A stretch of 29,702 bases of DNA, taken from an uncultured Muribaculaceae bacterium. Lineage in GTDB: Bacteria; Bacillota_I; Bacilli_A; RF39; UBA660. Shown piece after piece: positions 19,400 to 28,499 of this stretch (position 1 is the stretch's first letter; the number at the start of each line of letters is the position of its first letter). The position numbers were made by a program, and so were the translations under genes. The notes under the pieces were generated by a model. That model had not been told where the DNA came from. It saw only the letters and a program-made list of their open reading frames with translations, and ran no database searches. The DNA is taken from the NCBI GenBank assembly GCA_964537805.1, contig CAZIDI010000001.1, positions 1 through 29,702 of the forward strand. The letters run 5' to 3'.

Positions 19400-20156
19400 A
19401 CTTTTCTCTTAAAATTTCCCGTTCGTGAATGTATTTTTCCTTGGCTTTAAAAAAATGTAGCGTCTCTTTTTTTAAAATATCTATATTTTGTTCATTATTA
19501 TGTTCAATTTTTTTATAGGGTATAGTATAAAGATATCTTTCTAATAAAAATTTGTTTCTTAAATATTCTCGTTTTCGATAAGAATCTATGATTTTATAAA
19601 GCAAAAAACTAATGGCAATCATTTGGTTTAAATTGCTTTTAATATTGTAAAGAATAAAAAGAAGTAAAAAGAAAATAGAAGTATAAAATGTAATATGTAA
19701 CGTTTTTTTATAAGGAAGCCATTTTTGTAAAAAGAGCGTAAAGATTTCTCCTCCATCCAAAGGGCGAATCGGTAGTAGATTAAAGAATAGAATGCTTTTA
19801 TTATAATAGTTAAAAATCAAATAGGTATTTTCTAAAATCCAACCTTTTTGATAAAAAAACGTAAACAAAAAATACAAAAGTATTTGAAATAAAACACCTC
19901 CAAAATAAATAAGGATATCTTTATTAATAGGAGAATTAATTAATTTTTCCGTGGTTGTTACCCCACCAAAAGGAAATATTTCCACACGCACGATTTCATA
20001 ATGAAACCATTTTAAGAAAAAAATATGGCCTATTTCGTGTACTAAAACAATTAAAAAAATCAAAATGGCATTTTTAATAAATCCAGTAAGTAAAAAACTT
20101 AAGAAAATAAAATAACATAAAAAATTAATTTTAAATTTAGGAAATATACTTTTCAT
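19377..20156 (-). CDS. spoIVFB: SpoIVFB-like M50 intramembrane metalloprotease
   Basis: HEIGH, FPFGG, FNLLPIRPLDGG; Bacillus position upstream of rplU. Confidence 0.85.
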   Translation of the reverse strand: MKSIFPKFKINFLCYFIFLSFLLTGFIKNAILIFLIVLVHEIGHIFFLKWFHYEIVRVEIFPFGGVTTTEKLINSPINKDILIYFGGVLFQILLYFLFTFFYQKGWILENTYLIFNYYNKSILFFNLLPIRPLDGGEIFTLFLQKWLPYKKTLHITFYTSIFFLLLFILYNIKSNLNQMIAISFLLYKIIDSYRKREYLRNKFLLERYLYTIPYKKIEHNNEQNIDILKKETLHFFKAKEKYIHEREILREKFDIHSYF

Positions 20157-20760
20157 AACCAATATATTCCCCATTTTCCATAAAGGTTAAAATGGCTTTT
20201 TGGCTATCGAATTCCCCTACGATATTATTTTTTTCGACATAATCGTACATTGTAACATTATAATTAGTTAAATTAGAATACCATATATCTACGCCATCAA
20301 TCCCTTGAACAATCATCGTCTTTCCTAGTCCTTCTTTTTCTCCTAAAAAGACCACTACTCCGCTTTCTAAAAAATTGTAAGTATTAGAATTTAAGGATAC
20401 TAAAAAAGAATCTCCCTCTTTTTCAATTTCGGTATAATTTTTATCTGCTACGGAAACAGGGATGGTTGGGCTTACATTTTCAGGGATGATATTGCCAAAA
20501 TATTTACTATAAAGATTATTAATTTTAGTAAAAGCAAGCGTATCATTAAAAAAATAATTTTTGAATGTTAAGAGATTAGCATCGTTTATATTGACAAAAA
20601 TAGCACATAATAAAACCAATATGACACTTAAAAGCGTTCTTGTAAATAAACCAGAAATATATTTAGAGGGCTCTCGTTTTTTTAATTTTCTATTGTGACT
20701 TACGAACTCTGTACGCTTATTACGAATACGGCTTTGGGTTTCTAAAAACAAATTGTCCAT
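20137..20760 (-). CDS. spoIVFA: SpoIVFA-like protein (TM plus degenerate M23/LytM domain)
   Basis: One TM, GVVVFLGEKEGLGKTMIVQ..DGVDIWYSNL; overlaps spoIVFB start. Confidence 0.75.
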   Translation of the reverse strand: MDNLFLETQSRIRNKRTEFVSHNRKLKKREPSKYISGLFTRTLLSVILVLLCAIFVNINDANLLTFKNYFFNDTLAFTKINNLYSKYFGNIIPENVSPTIPVSVADKNYTEIEKEGDSFLVSLNSNTYNFLESGVVVFLGEKEGLGKTMIVQGIDGVDIWYSNLTNYNVTMYDYVEKNNIVGEFDSQKAILTFMENGEYIGYEKYIS

Positions 20761-20776
20761 ATATCTTCACCATTAC

Positions 20777-20805
20777 AATTTATGAAAAATTAAGCCTTTT
20801 TATGC
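20777..20805 (-). promoter_or_regulatory. SigE-type (mother cell) promoter upstream of spoIVFA
   Basis: GCATAAA-14 nt-CATAAATT, matching the B. subtilis sigmaE pattern (T/G)nATAnn-N14-CATAcanT. Confidence 0.55.
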
Positions 20806-21155
20806 ATTATCAAAATCATAAGGAAATGGATGAGGAATCCAAATATTTCAAAAGTAAAGGTATGAAAAAGACAAAATACACCTATTTTATAAAGAATATA
20901 AAGAATGATAAATCGTAAAAATAAACTTTCCATATATTGATAAGAACATTTTATTTTTTTATTTAGCAGATACAAAGTTGTATAGAGAATCAGTAGTTTA
21001 CCCTTGGCAAGAAGTAAGCAATCAATGAGTAAAATACTTGCAAAAAAAATCCATTTTTTTTCTTTTTGTTCTAAAAATGATAAAAGAAGAAAGTTGGTTT
21101 TCAAAGAAGTGTAATTGTAAAAAACAATATCCAAAACAAAATACAAAAAAGTCAT
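20790..21155 (-). CDS. mreD: Short hydrophobic MreD-like membrane protein
   Basis: Highly hydrophobic 121 aa, coupled to mreC (ATGA-type overlap); call is mainly positional. Confidence 0.55.
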   Translation of the reverse strand: MTFLYFVLDIVFYNYTSLKTNFLLLSFLEQKEKKWIFFASILLIDCLLLAKGKLLILYTTLYLLNKKIKCSYQYMESLFLRFIILYILYKIGVFCLFHTFTFEIFGFLIHFLMILIMHKKA

Positions 21156-21820
21156 TCTTGGCCTCGCAGATTCGTGATCACACTTACATATTTTAAATTT
21201 TCAAAATCTACGGCTGGTATTACTTTTACAACTTTTTCAATTTCATAGGTATCATTTTCTACTTCTTCTACTTTTCCTATTAAAACATTTTCAGGGTAAA
21301 TGGAAATATCACTGGTGTAAATCAAATCTCCTACTTCGACATTTCCTTTATTATTGATTCCTTTTACAATTAATGTATTGTTTTCGTATTTTAAAATGCC
21401 ATAATTTTCTTTAATTTTCACTGATAAATTTAAATTGGAATTTAAAAGTAATTCTACTTCACTACTATTTTTCTTCACTTCAGAAATAACCCCCACTAAG
21501 CCTTGTTCATTCATCACTAAATTCTTTTCTTGTAAACCAGCATTCCATCCTTTATAAATGGTAATATGAGAATCTAAATTATAAACATTACGAAACAACA
21601 CTTTTGTATGACTTAAGTGATAATCAATTAAATCATTATATTGATAAGCATTTAGTAGCTCTTGATAATTTGCTTTTATAGTTTCATTTTCTATAGTACA
21701 TACATTTTTTTCTATAGTAGAAGTAATCGTGGTTTTAAAAAGAAAACCATAAATTTCTTCTTTTAACAAAATGGCAACGATTATTAAAAGTATGCATATT
21801 ATTTTTCCTCTTTTTGTCAT
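21152..21820 (-). CDS. mreC: Rod shape-determining protein MreC
   Basis: N-terminal TM, ITIYKG...GLQEKNLVMNEQGLVGVISEV, GDLIYTS..IYPENVLIGKV, PAVDFENLKYV. Confidence 0.88.
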   Translation of the reverse strand: MTKRGKIICILLIIVAILLKEEIYGFLFKTTITSTIEKNVCTIENETIKANYQELLNAYQYNDLIDYHLSHTKVLFRNVYNLDSHITIYKGWNAGLQEKNLVMNEQGLVGVISEVKKNSSEVELLLNSNLNLSVKIKENYGILKYENNTLIVKGINNKGNVEVGDLIYTSDISIYPENVLIGKVEEVENDTYEIEKVVKVIPAVDFENLKYVSVITNLRGQE

Positions 21821-21858
21821 AGATTTCACCATTTTTAGTATGGAATATTTTTTTGATT

Positions 21859-22539
21859 TTAAAGCATTTGATGGTCAAAAAAACTAAAAAAGTCTGCATC
21901 ACTTATGATGATATGATCGATTAGCGGAATTTGCATCATTACTCCTGCCTCTTTAATATTTTCTGTAAAAGAAATATCTTCTTGGCTTGGAGTTACATCC
22001 CCAGTAGGATGATTATGAATTAATATGAGTTTCACGGCACTATATTTAATCGCTGCATTAAAGATTTCTCTTGGATGGGTAATACTTTTATTTTGAGTCC
22101 CTATGAATACCACCTCATAGCCAATTATTTCATTTTTAGTATTTAAAAAGACTGCAAAAAGTTTTTCTTGTTTTAAATTCATTATTTTTGTCCGAAATAA
22201 ATCGTAAATTTCTTGGGCATTGGTAATTTTTGTATTTTTATTTACTTTTGGGCTTGCAAGACGTTTCCCAAGTTCAATACTAGCAAGAAGGGAAATGGCT
22301 TTTGCCTCTTTAATACCCTTTATTTTAATTAAGTCATTATACGTTATGCTATTTAAATCATAAAAGGAATTTAAGGTTTTCACAAGGCGTATGGCAAGGT
22401 CTTTTACAGATTCTTCTTTATTGCCGCATCGTAAGATAATAGCAAGTAGCTCTTCATTCGATAAACTTTCACTTCCCTTTATTCTTAGTTTTTCCCTTGG
22501 TCGTTCATCTAGAGGTAAATCTTTAATTTTGTAATTCAT
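21859..22539 (-). CDS. radC: RadC/UPF0758 JAB-domain protein
   Basis: ERPREKL, LSNEELLAIIL, IKGIKEAKA, HPREIF, HNHPTG, LIDHIII. Confidence 0.95.
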   Translation of the reverse strand: MNYKIKDLPLDERPREKLRIKGSESLSNEELLAIILRCGNKEESVKDLAIRLVKTLNSFYDLNSITYNDLIKIKGIKEAKAISLLASIELGKRLASPKVNKNTKITNAQEIYDLFRTKIMNLKQEKLFAVFLNTKNEIIGYEVVFIGTQNKSITHPREIFNAAIKYSAVKLILIHNHPTGDVTPSQEDISFTENIKEAGVMMQIPLIDHIIISDADFFSFFDHQML

Positions 22540-22954
22540 TTTGATAACTTTCTAACATATTTTTAATAATAAGCATTCGATTTTCTTCACTACTTTTGAT
22601 AAGTAATTCATCGTATTTTTTTATTTCTTGTATAATTTCTTCGGAAGCATCTATTTCTTTAATGTAATAACTATAATTTTCTTTTGAAAAAAGGGAAGAA
22701 AGTAATTCTTTATTGTCTACCGTAACCCCAATATAAATACGATAGTATTCTCCATCGTAAATGACTTTTCCAAGCGAAAAACGATTTCTATAGTTACTGG
22801 CATTTTCTTTGTTTTTAAAAACTCCAACTTGAAAAGCGTATAAAACAGATTTATTTTTGGCTTCTGCTTTGTCTTTGATATTGAAAAAGAAAAGTCCTGC
22901 AAGAATTATGCCAAGTAAAGAAGAAAATAAAACAATTTTGATTGTTTTTTTCAT
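22523..22954 (-). CDS. Membrane-anchored SPOR-like domain protein
   Basis: N-terminal TM, YAFQVGVFKNKENA ... YYRIYIG. Confidence 0.7.
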   Translation of the reverse strand: MKKTIKIVLFSSLLGIILAGLFFFNIKDKAEAKNKSVLYAFQVGVFKNKENASNYRNRFSLGKVIYDGEYYRIYIGVTVDNKELLSSLFSKENYSYYIKEIDASEEIIQEIKKYDELLIKSSEENRMLIIKNMLESYQNELQN

Positions 22955-22990
22955 AACTAAATCACCTAGAGACTTTATAACACAGACAAA

Positions 22991-23019
22991 AAGAAAAAAA
23001 TGTCGTTTTGTGACATTTT
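22991..23019 (-). terminator. Terminator after spoIVB
   Basis: AAAATGTC-7 nt-GACATTTT followed by a T-rich run. Confidence 0.55.
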
Positions 23020-23045
23020 ACATTTAATTCTTTTAGAAAAAATAC

Positions 23046-24020
23046 TTAGTTTTCGCCTTCTTCTAACATTGTGGTAATAAAGATTCCATACCCGGTTTTT
23101 ACATTATCTACAATTACGTGAGTAACAGCACCAATAATTTTATCATTTTGGATAATAGGGCTTCCACTCATTCCTTGTACAACTCCTCCTGCTTGTTCTA
23201 ATAATTCACTATCGGTAATTTCAAATGCTATATTTTTTATTTTATTGTATTCATTGATTTTTGTAATATTAATATCATATTCTTTTATTTCATCACCACT
23301 TAAAACGGTTAATATTTTGGCATTTCCTACCTTTACTTCCTCTTTTGTGGCTACAGTATAAATTGTATTTTCTGGAAAACTAGCATTATAAGTACCAAAT
23401 AAACCATACTGGGTATTTTTTTTGATAGTTCCATAAACTTCGGAAGTTTTAAAATTTGCTTTTTTTTCTCCTGGGTTTCCATCACTGCTTTTATTAATTC
23501 CAGTAATTACACTATTAAAGATGGTTCCCGTTTTCACTTCAATTCTTTTATTAGAATTTGCTTCAATGATTTCATGTCCTAATGCTCCAAATATTTTACT
23601 TTCTGGGTCAATATAGGTTAATGTTCCTATACCCGTAATACTATCTTTTACATAAAGACCCGTTTTAAAAATGCCATCTTGTTCTATTAAATTCATTGTA
23701 CTTTTGTTTTCTTTTCCGTCTCTTAAGAATGTAAGTTCTACTTTAGAATTTACTATATTTCTTTCAATAGCATTTGTTAGTTCATTAATTGTGTTTACTT
23801 CAGTATCTGCTACTTTAATAATATAGTCTCCTACTTCAATAGATGGATTTGATTTAATGGATTTACCATCCACTTGATAAAATCCAACGACAAGTACACC
23901 ATTACTTTGAATATTAATTCCAATGTTTTGGCCTCCTACAATCACTTTACTTGCATAAGCAAATACAATAGAAGGGTAAAACAATAATAATGTAATGAGT
24001 AGAATTTTCATTTTTTTCAT
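23046..24020 (-). CDS. spoIVB: SpoIVB signalling serine peptidase (S55, PDZ)
   Basis: GGQNIGI, PDZ GDYIIKV, GIGTLTYID, FGALGH, QGMSGSPIIQ..KIIGAVTHV. Confidence 0.93.
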   Translation of the reverse strand: MKKMKILLITLLLFYPSIVFAYASKVIVGGQNIGINIQSNGVLVVGFYQVDGKSIKSNPSIEVGDYIIKVADTEVNTINELTNAIERNIVNSKVELTFLRDGKENKSTMNLIEQDGIFKTGLYVKDSITGIGTLTYIDPESKIFGALGHEIIEANSNKRIEVKTGTIFNSVITGINKSSDGNPGEKKANFKTSEVYGTIKKNTQYGLFGTYNASFPENTIYTVATKEEVKVGNAKILTVLSGDEIKEYDINITKINEYNKIKNIAFEITDSELLEQAGGVVQGMSGSPIIQNDKIIGAVTHVIVDNVKTGYGIFITTMLEEGEN

Positions 24021-24069
24021 AATTATCACACCTTACCACTATTAGTATGGGTCTCTATAGTTTCATAAT

Positions 24070-24101
24070 AAAAACAATATTTGGTTGTTGCCAAATATTG
24101 C
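24070..24101 (-). terminator. Terminator upstream of spoIVB
   Basis: Perfect 10-bp stem CAATATTTGG/CCAAATATTG (24075-24100) followed by a T-run on the minus strand. Confidence 0.65.
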
Positions 24102-24235
24102 TAGTATTTTATTTCATAATTTAAAAAATAAAAAACTCTATCGCTTTTTGATAAAGTTTTCAAACATTTTCGACCGGAATAATTTATAACTCGCGCCATC
24201 TGGGAACGGCTAACATTTTCTTGTTAAAAAAAATC

Positions 24236-24964
24236 CTATTTTTTTAGAAATCTACCTAAAATTCTATCTTTTGAGTTTGCAGATTCTTGTAATTGTTCTT
24301 CTTCACAAGACATTTGATACTTCATTTGAGTTAATATTTCATTTTGCTTGTCTAATGCCTCTTGGTAAGGTACTTCTTGCACTTCAAAATGCATGTTTTG
24401 AATATTACTGTTCTCTTGTTGTATTAATAAATGATGCAAACATTCCTTGTTTTTTTAAAAAACTTTTGTTAAACAAGATATTTCCTTATTTAAACTATTT
24501 ATTAATTTTTCGATTTCAACTTTCTCGTTTTTTAAGTGTTTTATTGTGATAAACAAAAATCACGAGAACAAATGATAACTATAGAATAGGCAAGAAGAAT
24601 TCCATCCATAATGCCTCCTACTTTCAATGCCTCTACAAACATATAACTATTAATATTGGCTACTTCTCCTATTACCTAATTAGAAAAAATAGTGGAACAC
24701 CTAACATTATTTTAAAAAATTTTTTTAAAAACTTCCAAGTTCTTTTTTCACTTTCTATTTGCATATCAATGCCACTGATTTTTTGTTCATGTTCTTTCTT
24801 TTTTGTATTTTATTTTTTAAATCCTCTTCTTGAAATTCTACTACATCCTCCATTACAAGAATATCTTCAATATTGTCTTGATAATCTCTAGATTTGATTT
24901 TACCTTTTTCGTTAGAAACAATTACTTTTTCTTTTTCTTTATCAATTAAAAATTCTATATTCAT
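24236..24964 (-). pseudogene. Decayed orphan membrane-protein gene (~240 codons)
   Basis: ORFs 24755..24964 and 24236..24439 join into one protein via frame changes near 24797, 24677, 24571, 24522 and an in-frame TAA at 24455-57; GGAG RBS and TTTACT-17-TAAAAT upstream. Confidence 0.7.
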
Positions 24965-25022
24965 ATTTGTTCACTCCAATACGATTTATTTTATAGTATT
25001 AATGAGCAAAAGTAAAGGACAT

Positions 25023-26447
25023 CTAATATTGACGTCCAAAGTAAATCCTGTACTTTCCTTCTTTTCCACAAACAATACATTTACCGTCTACTTTTTCTTC
25101 TTCTATAATACAACGTGATTTTAATCCTGTTTCTTCTTTTATTTTATCTTCGCAAGCCATATCTCCGCACCAATTGATTTTAATAAATCCTGGCTTGGTA
25201 CTTGCAATAATTTTAAATTCTTCATAAGTATCTGCCGTATATAACATTGTGTTTCTTCTTTCTAATGCACGGTTATATAAGTTTTCTTGAATATTCTCTA
25301 AAAGTTTTTTAATTTCCTCAATACAATTTTCAAAAGAAACTTCCATTTTTTCTAAGGTATCACGACGAACTAAAGTAACGCGTTCTTGTTCCATATCACG
25401 ACGCCCTAATTCTAAACGAATTGGGTATCCTTTTACTTCTGATTCAGCAAACTTAAATCCTGGTGTTTTGCCTGAATTGTCAATAGTATTAGTAATATTT
25501 TCTTTATCTAATGACTCTTTCATTTCTGCTATTTTGTTTAAAATAGCCTCATCACTACCAATTGGAATTAAATTTACTTTAATAGGTGCAATTTTAGGAG
25601 GTAAAACGAGTCCATGATCGTCACTATGGGTCATAATAATGGCACCAATCATACGGGTCGTAACTCCCCAGCTGGTTTGGTAAGGGTTTTCTAATTTATT
25701 TTCTTTATTTAAAAACTCTATTCCAAAGGCTTTGGCAAATCCTTGTCCAAAATAATGACTTGTTCCATTTTGAAGGGCTACTCCATCATACATCATTGCT
25801 TCTATGGTATAAGTGGTTTCTGCACCAGCAAATTTTTCTTTTTCGGTTTTTCTTCCTACAATAACAGGTAATGCAAGATAATTTCTTTGAAAATCTTCAT
25901 ACACTTTAAGCATTCTTTTGGTTTCTTCTAAAGCCTCTTCTTTACTTGCGTGCATTGTGTGACCTTCTTGCCATAAGATTTCTCTACTACGAAGAAATGG
26001 GCGTGTTGTTTTTTCCCATCTTACAATCGTACACCATTGGTTGTATAAAAGAGGTAAATCACGATAAGACTTAATAATTTTTTTAAAGTGATCGCAGAAT
26101 AAAACTTCACTGGTAGGTCTTATACAAAGTTTTTCTTCTAATGGCTCACTTCCACCATGTGTTACCCATGCGACTTCCGGAGCAAAGCCTTCTACGTGTT
26201 CTTTTTCTATATTTAACAAACTTTCTGGAATCAACATAGGCATTTGGATATTTTGATGTCCCAATCTTTTAAATTCTTTATCGAGTTCATTTTGGATGTT
26301 TTCCCAAATGGCATAACCGTAAGGGCGTATAATCATACTACCTTTCACACTGGAATAATCTACCAAATCGGCCTTTCTAACAACATCAGTATACCAAGCA
26401 CCAAAATCCACATCACGGCTTGTAATATCACGTACCAATTCTTTCAT
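25023..26447 (-). CDS. proS: Proline--tRNA ligase, archaeal/eukaryote-like type (no INS editing domain)
   Basis: 474 aa; FAPEVAWVT, IRPTSE, RWEKTTRPFLRSREILWQEGHT, LQNGTSH, SWGVTTRMIG, C-terminal Cys domain ending GRQY. Confidence 0.97.
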   Translation of the reverse strand: MKELVRDITSRDVDFGAWYTDVVRKADLVDYSSVKGSMIIRPYGYAIWENIQNELDKEFKRLGHQNIQMPMLIPESLLNIEKEHVEGFAPEVAWVTHGGSEPLEEKLCIRPTSEVLFCDHFKKIIKSYRDLPLLYNQWCTIVRWEKTTRPFLRSREILWQEGHTMHASKEEALEETKRMLKVYEDFQRNYLALPVIVGRKTEKEKFAGAETTYTIEAMMYDGVALQNGTSHYFGQGFAKAFGIEFLNKENKLENPYQTSWGVTTRMIGAIIMTHSDDHGLVLPPKIAPIKVNLIPIGSDEAILNKIAEMKESLDKENITNTIDNSGKTPGFKFAESEVKGYPIRLELGRRDMEQERVTLVRRDTLEKMEVSFENCIEEIKKLLENIQENLYNRALERRNTMLYTADTYEEFKIIASTKPGFIKINWCGDMACEDKIKEETGLKSRCIIEEEKVDGKCIVCGKEGKYRIYFGRQY

Positions 26448-26456
26448 AATACTCTC

Positions 26457-26687
26457 CTATTCTTCAGTATTTTCAGACAATTCAAAATCAACAAGTTCGC
26501 CATTTTCTTTTAAAATCTTATTTACTTTTTTAGTTGCTTCGTTTAACTTATCGCTACAAGATTTTACAAGTTTCATTGCTTCGGTATATTTTTCAATTGC
26601 ATTTTCTAATTCAATATTTCCGCTTTCAAGTTCACGTACAATACTTTCTAATTTTTCCAATGATTTTTCAAAACTTAAATTTTCCAT
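26457..26687 (-). CDS. xseB: Exodeoxyribonuclease VII small subunit
   Basis: SFEKSLEKLESIVRELESGNIELENAIEKYTEAMKL. Confidence 0.95.
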   Translation of the reverse strand: MENLSFEKSLEKLESIVRELESGNIELENAIEKYTEAMKLVKSCSDKLNEATKKVNKILKENGELVDFELSENTEE

Positions 26688-28024
26688 TCTTTTTTCTCCT
26701 TTACAATGGCGGTGAGTTCGCCTTTTTTTAATTTAACTTGAATAGTATCTTCTATCTCTATCTCACTACTATCTTTAATAATTTTATTATCTTTGGCTAC
26801 CAAACTATACCCTTTGCCTAAAATATTTAGAGGATTCACAAGTTTTAAGGTATTCACAAGAAGTTGTCTCTCATGTTCTTTTTTGGTTAAGTAATTTTTA
26901 ATAAATTGCGTTAATTTTACTTCATAATTTTCATATGTTTTTTTTGTAATTTCAAAACTGACAAGGGGATTTTTTAGTACACTACACTCTTTTAAAATCG
27001 TCCATTTATTTTTACTATCGGTAAGTTTATTTTGCATCCCCTTATTTAATTGCTCTATTAATGTATCTAATTTTTGCTCTTTTAGTTCATATAATACAAT
27101 GGGATTTTTAAGAACAAAAGAAGTTTTTAGAGATTTTACTTTTTCTATTTTCGTTTTTAAGTTATTTTTTATTAATGTATTTAATCTGCTTTTCTTTTCG
27201 TTTAATAAACATTCAATATCATATTTGGTAGGAACAGCCATTTCCGCTGCTCCCGTTGGAGTTGGTGCTCTAAGATCTGCCACAAAATCGGCAATGGTAA
27301 AATCTACTTCGTGCCCTACAGCACTAATAATTGGAATATGGGATTCAAAAATAGCCCGAGCAACCATTTCTTCATTAAATGCCCATAAGTCTTCAATTGA
27401 ACCTCCTCCACGGCCACAAATAATCACATCTAAATCAAATTCGTTTGCTTTCTTTATTTGTTTTACAATTTCAGGCGCTGCTGATGCTCCTTGGACAAGT
27501 GAGGGAAATAAAATAGTTTCACAAATGGGGTATCTTCTTTTAATTGTGCTTAGAATATCTCGGATAGCTGCCCCAGTAGATGCTGTAATAATACCAATTT
27601 TTTTAGGGTATTTCGGTATTGTTTTTTTATATTTTGGATCAAATAGTCCTTCATTTGCTAGTTTCTTCTTTAGTTTTTCATATTCAACATATAGATTCCC
27701 TAAGCCATCCATTTCCATTGATTCCACATAAATTTGGTAAGTCCCCTGAGCTGGATAGCAAGAAATTCTTCCCGTTACTAACACATTCATTCCATCTTCT
27801 GGCTTAAATTTTAAGTGAAGAGCATTATTATAAAACATCACGGCACTAATTCTTGATGTTTCATCTTTTAAAGTAAAATATAAATGCCCTCTAGTGTGAT
27901 TTTTGAAATTGGATATTTCGCCTTTTAAATAGATTTTACGAAGAAAACTATTTTCATCAAACATCACTTTAATATATTCATTCAAATCACTTATTTTTAA
28001 ATATTTTTCTTCTGTACCTATCAT
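26675..28024 (-). CDS. xseA: Exodeoxyribonuclease VII large subunit
   Basis: GEISNF, GHLYFTLKD, TASTGAAIRDI, RGGGSIEDLWAFNEE, SAVGHEVD, APTPTGAAE. Confidence 0.98.
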   Translation of the reverse strand: MIGTEEKYLKISDLNEYIKVMFDENSFLRKIYLKGEISNFKNHTRGHLYFTLKDETSRISAVMFYNNALHLKFKPEDGMNVLVTGRISCYPAQGTYQIYVESMEMDGLGNLYVEYEKLKKKLANEGLFDPKYKKTIPKYPKKIGIITASTGAAIRDILSTIKRRYPICETILFPSLVQGASAAPEIVKQIKKANEFDLDVIICGRGGGSIEDLWAFNEEMVARAIFESHIPIISAVGHEVDFTIADFVADLRAPTPTGAAEMAVPTKYDIECLLNEKKSRLNTLIKNNLKTKIEKVKSLKTSFVLKNPIVLYELKEQKLDTLIEQLNKGMQNKLTDSKNKWTILKECSVLKNPLVSFEITKKTYENYEVKLTQFIKNYLTKKEHERQLLVNTLKLVNPLNILGKGYSLVAKDNKIIKDSSEIEIEDTIQVKLKKGELTAIVKEKKEWKI

Positions 28025-28039
28025 AAAATTCTCCTTTTT

Positions 28040-28435
28040 TTATTCTCGAATCATTTTATCTAAAACTGCATTAATCATTTTACGTACAGCATCATCACTA
28101 TATTTTTTAGCAAGCTCTATGGCTTCATTAATCACAACCACTTCCGGGGTATCAGTATATTTAAGTTCAAATAGTGCCATACGTAAAATAGAGGCCCCAG
28201 TTTTATCTAAACGATCAATTGTCCAATCTTTTATGTATTGATTTGCCAAAGTATCTAATTCTTCTTGATGCATAATAACACCATATACAATATCTTTTAC
28301 AAATTCATTTTCTATTTCCATATTATTTTTTATAATCTCTTCAATAGCAACATCTACTTTATTGTTTTGCATTAAATCATATTGATAAAGAATGACCATA
28401 CATTTTTCTCTTAGTTCACTTCTTTTATAAGCCAT
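28040..28435 (-). CDS. nusB: Transcription antitermination factor NusB
   Basis: RSELREK..LYQ, WTIDRL...ILRMALFEL, VVINEAIELAKKY, INAVLD. Confidence 0.96.
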   Translation of the reverse strand: MAYKRSELREKCMVILYQYDLMQNNKVDVAIEEIIKNNMEIENEFVKDIVYGVIMHQEELDTLANQYIKDWTIDRLDKTGASILRMALFELKYTDTPEVVVINEAIELAKKYSDDAVRKMINAVLDKMIRE

Positions 28436-28499
28436 AAAAACCACCACTTAGATTATAACACAAGTACTGTTTTATTCCTAGTTATAAAAGTATTTTCTT

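Noticed and set aside
25023-26447. Archaeal/eukaryote-like ProRS as a novel transfer
   Set aside because: This type is well known in several bacterial groups, including Mollicutes and some Firmicutes.
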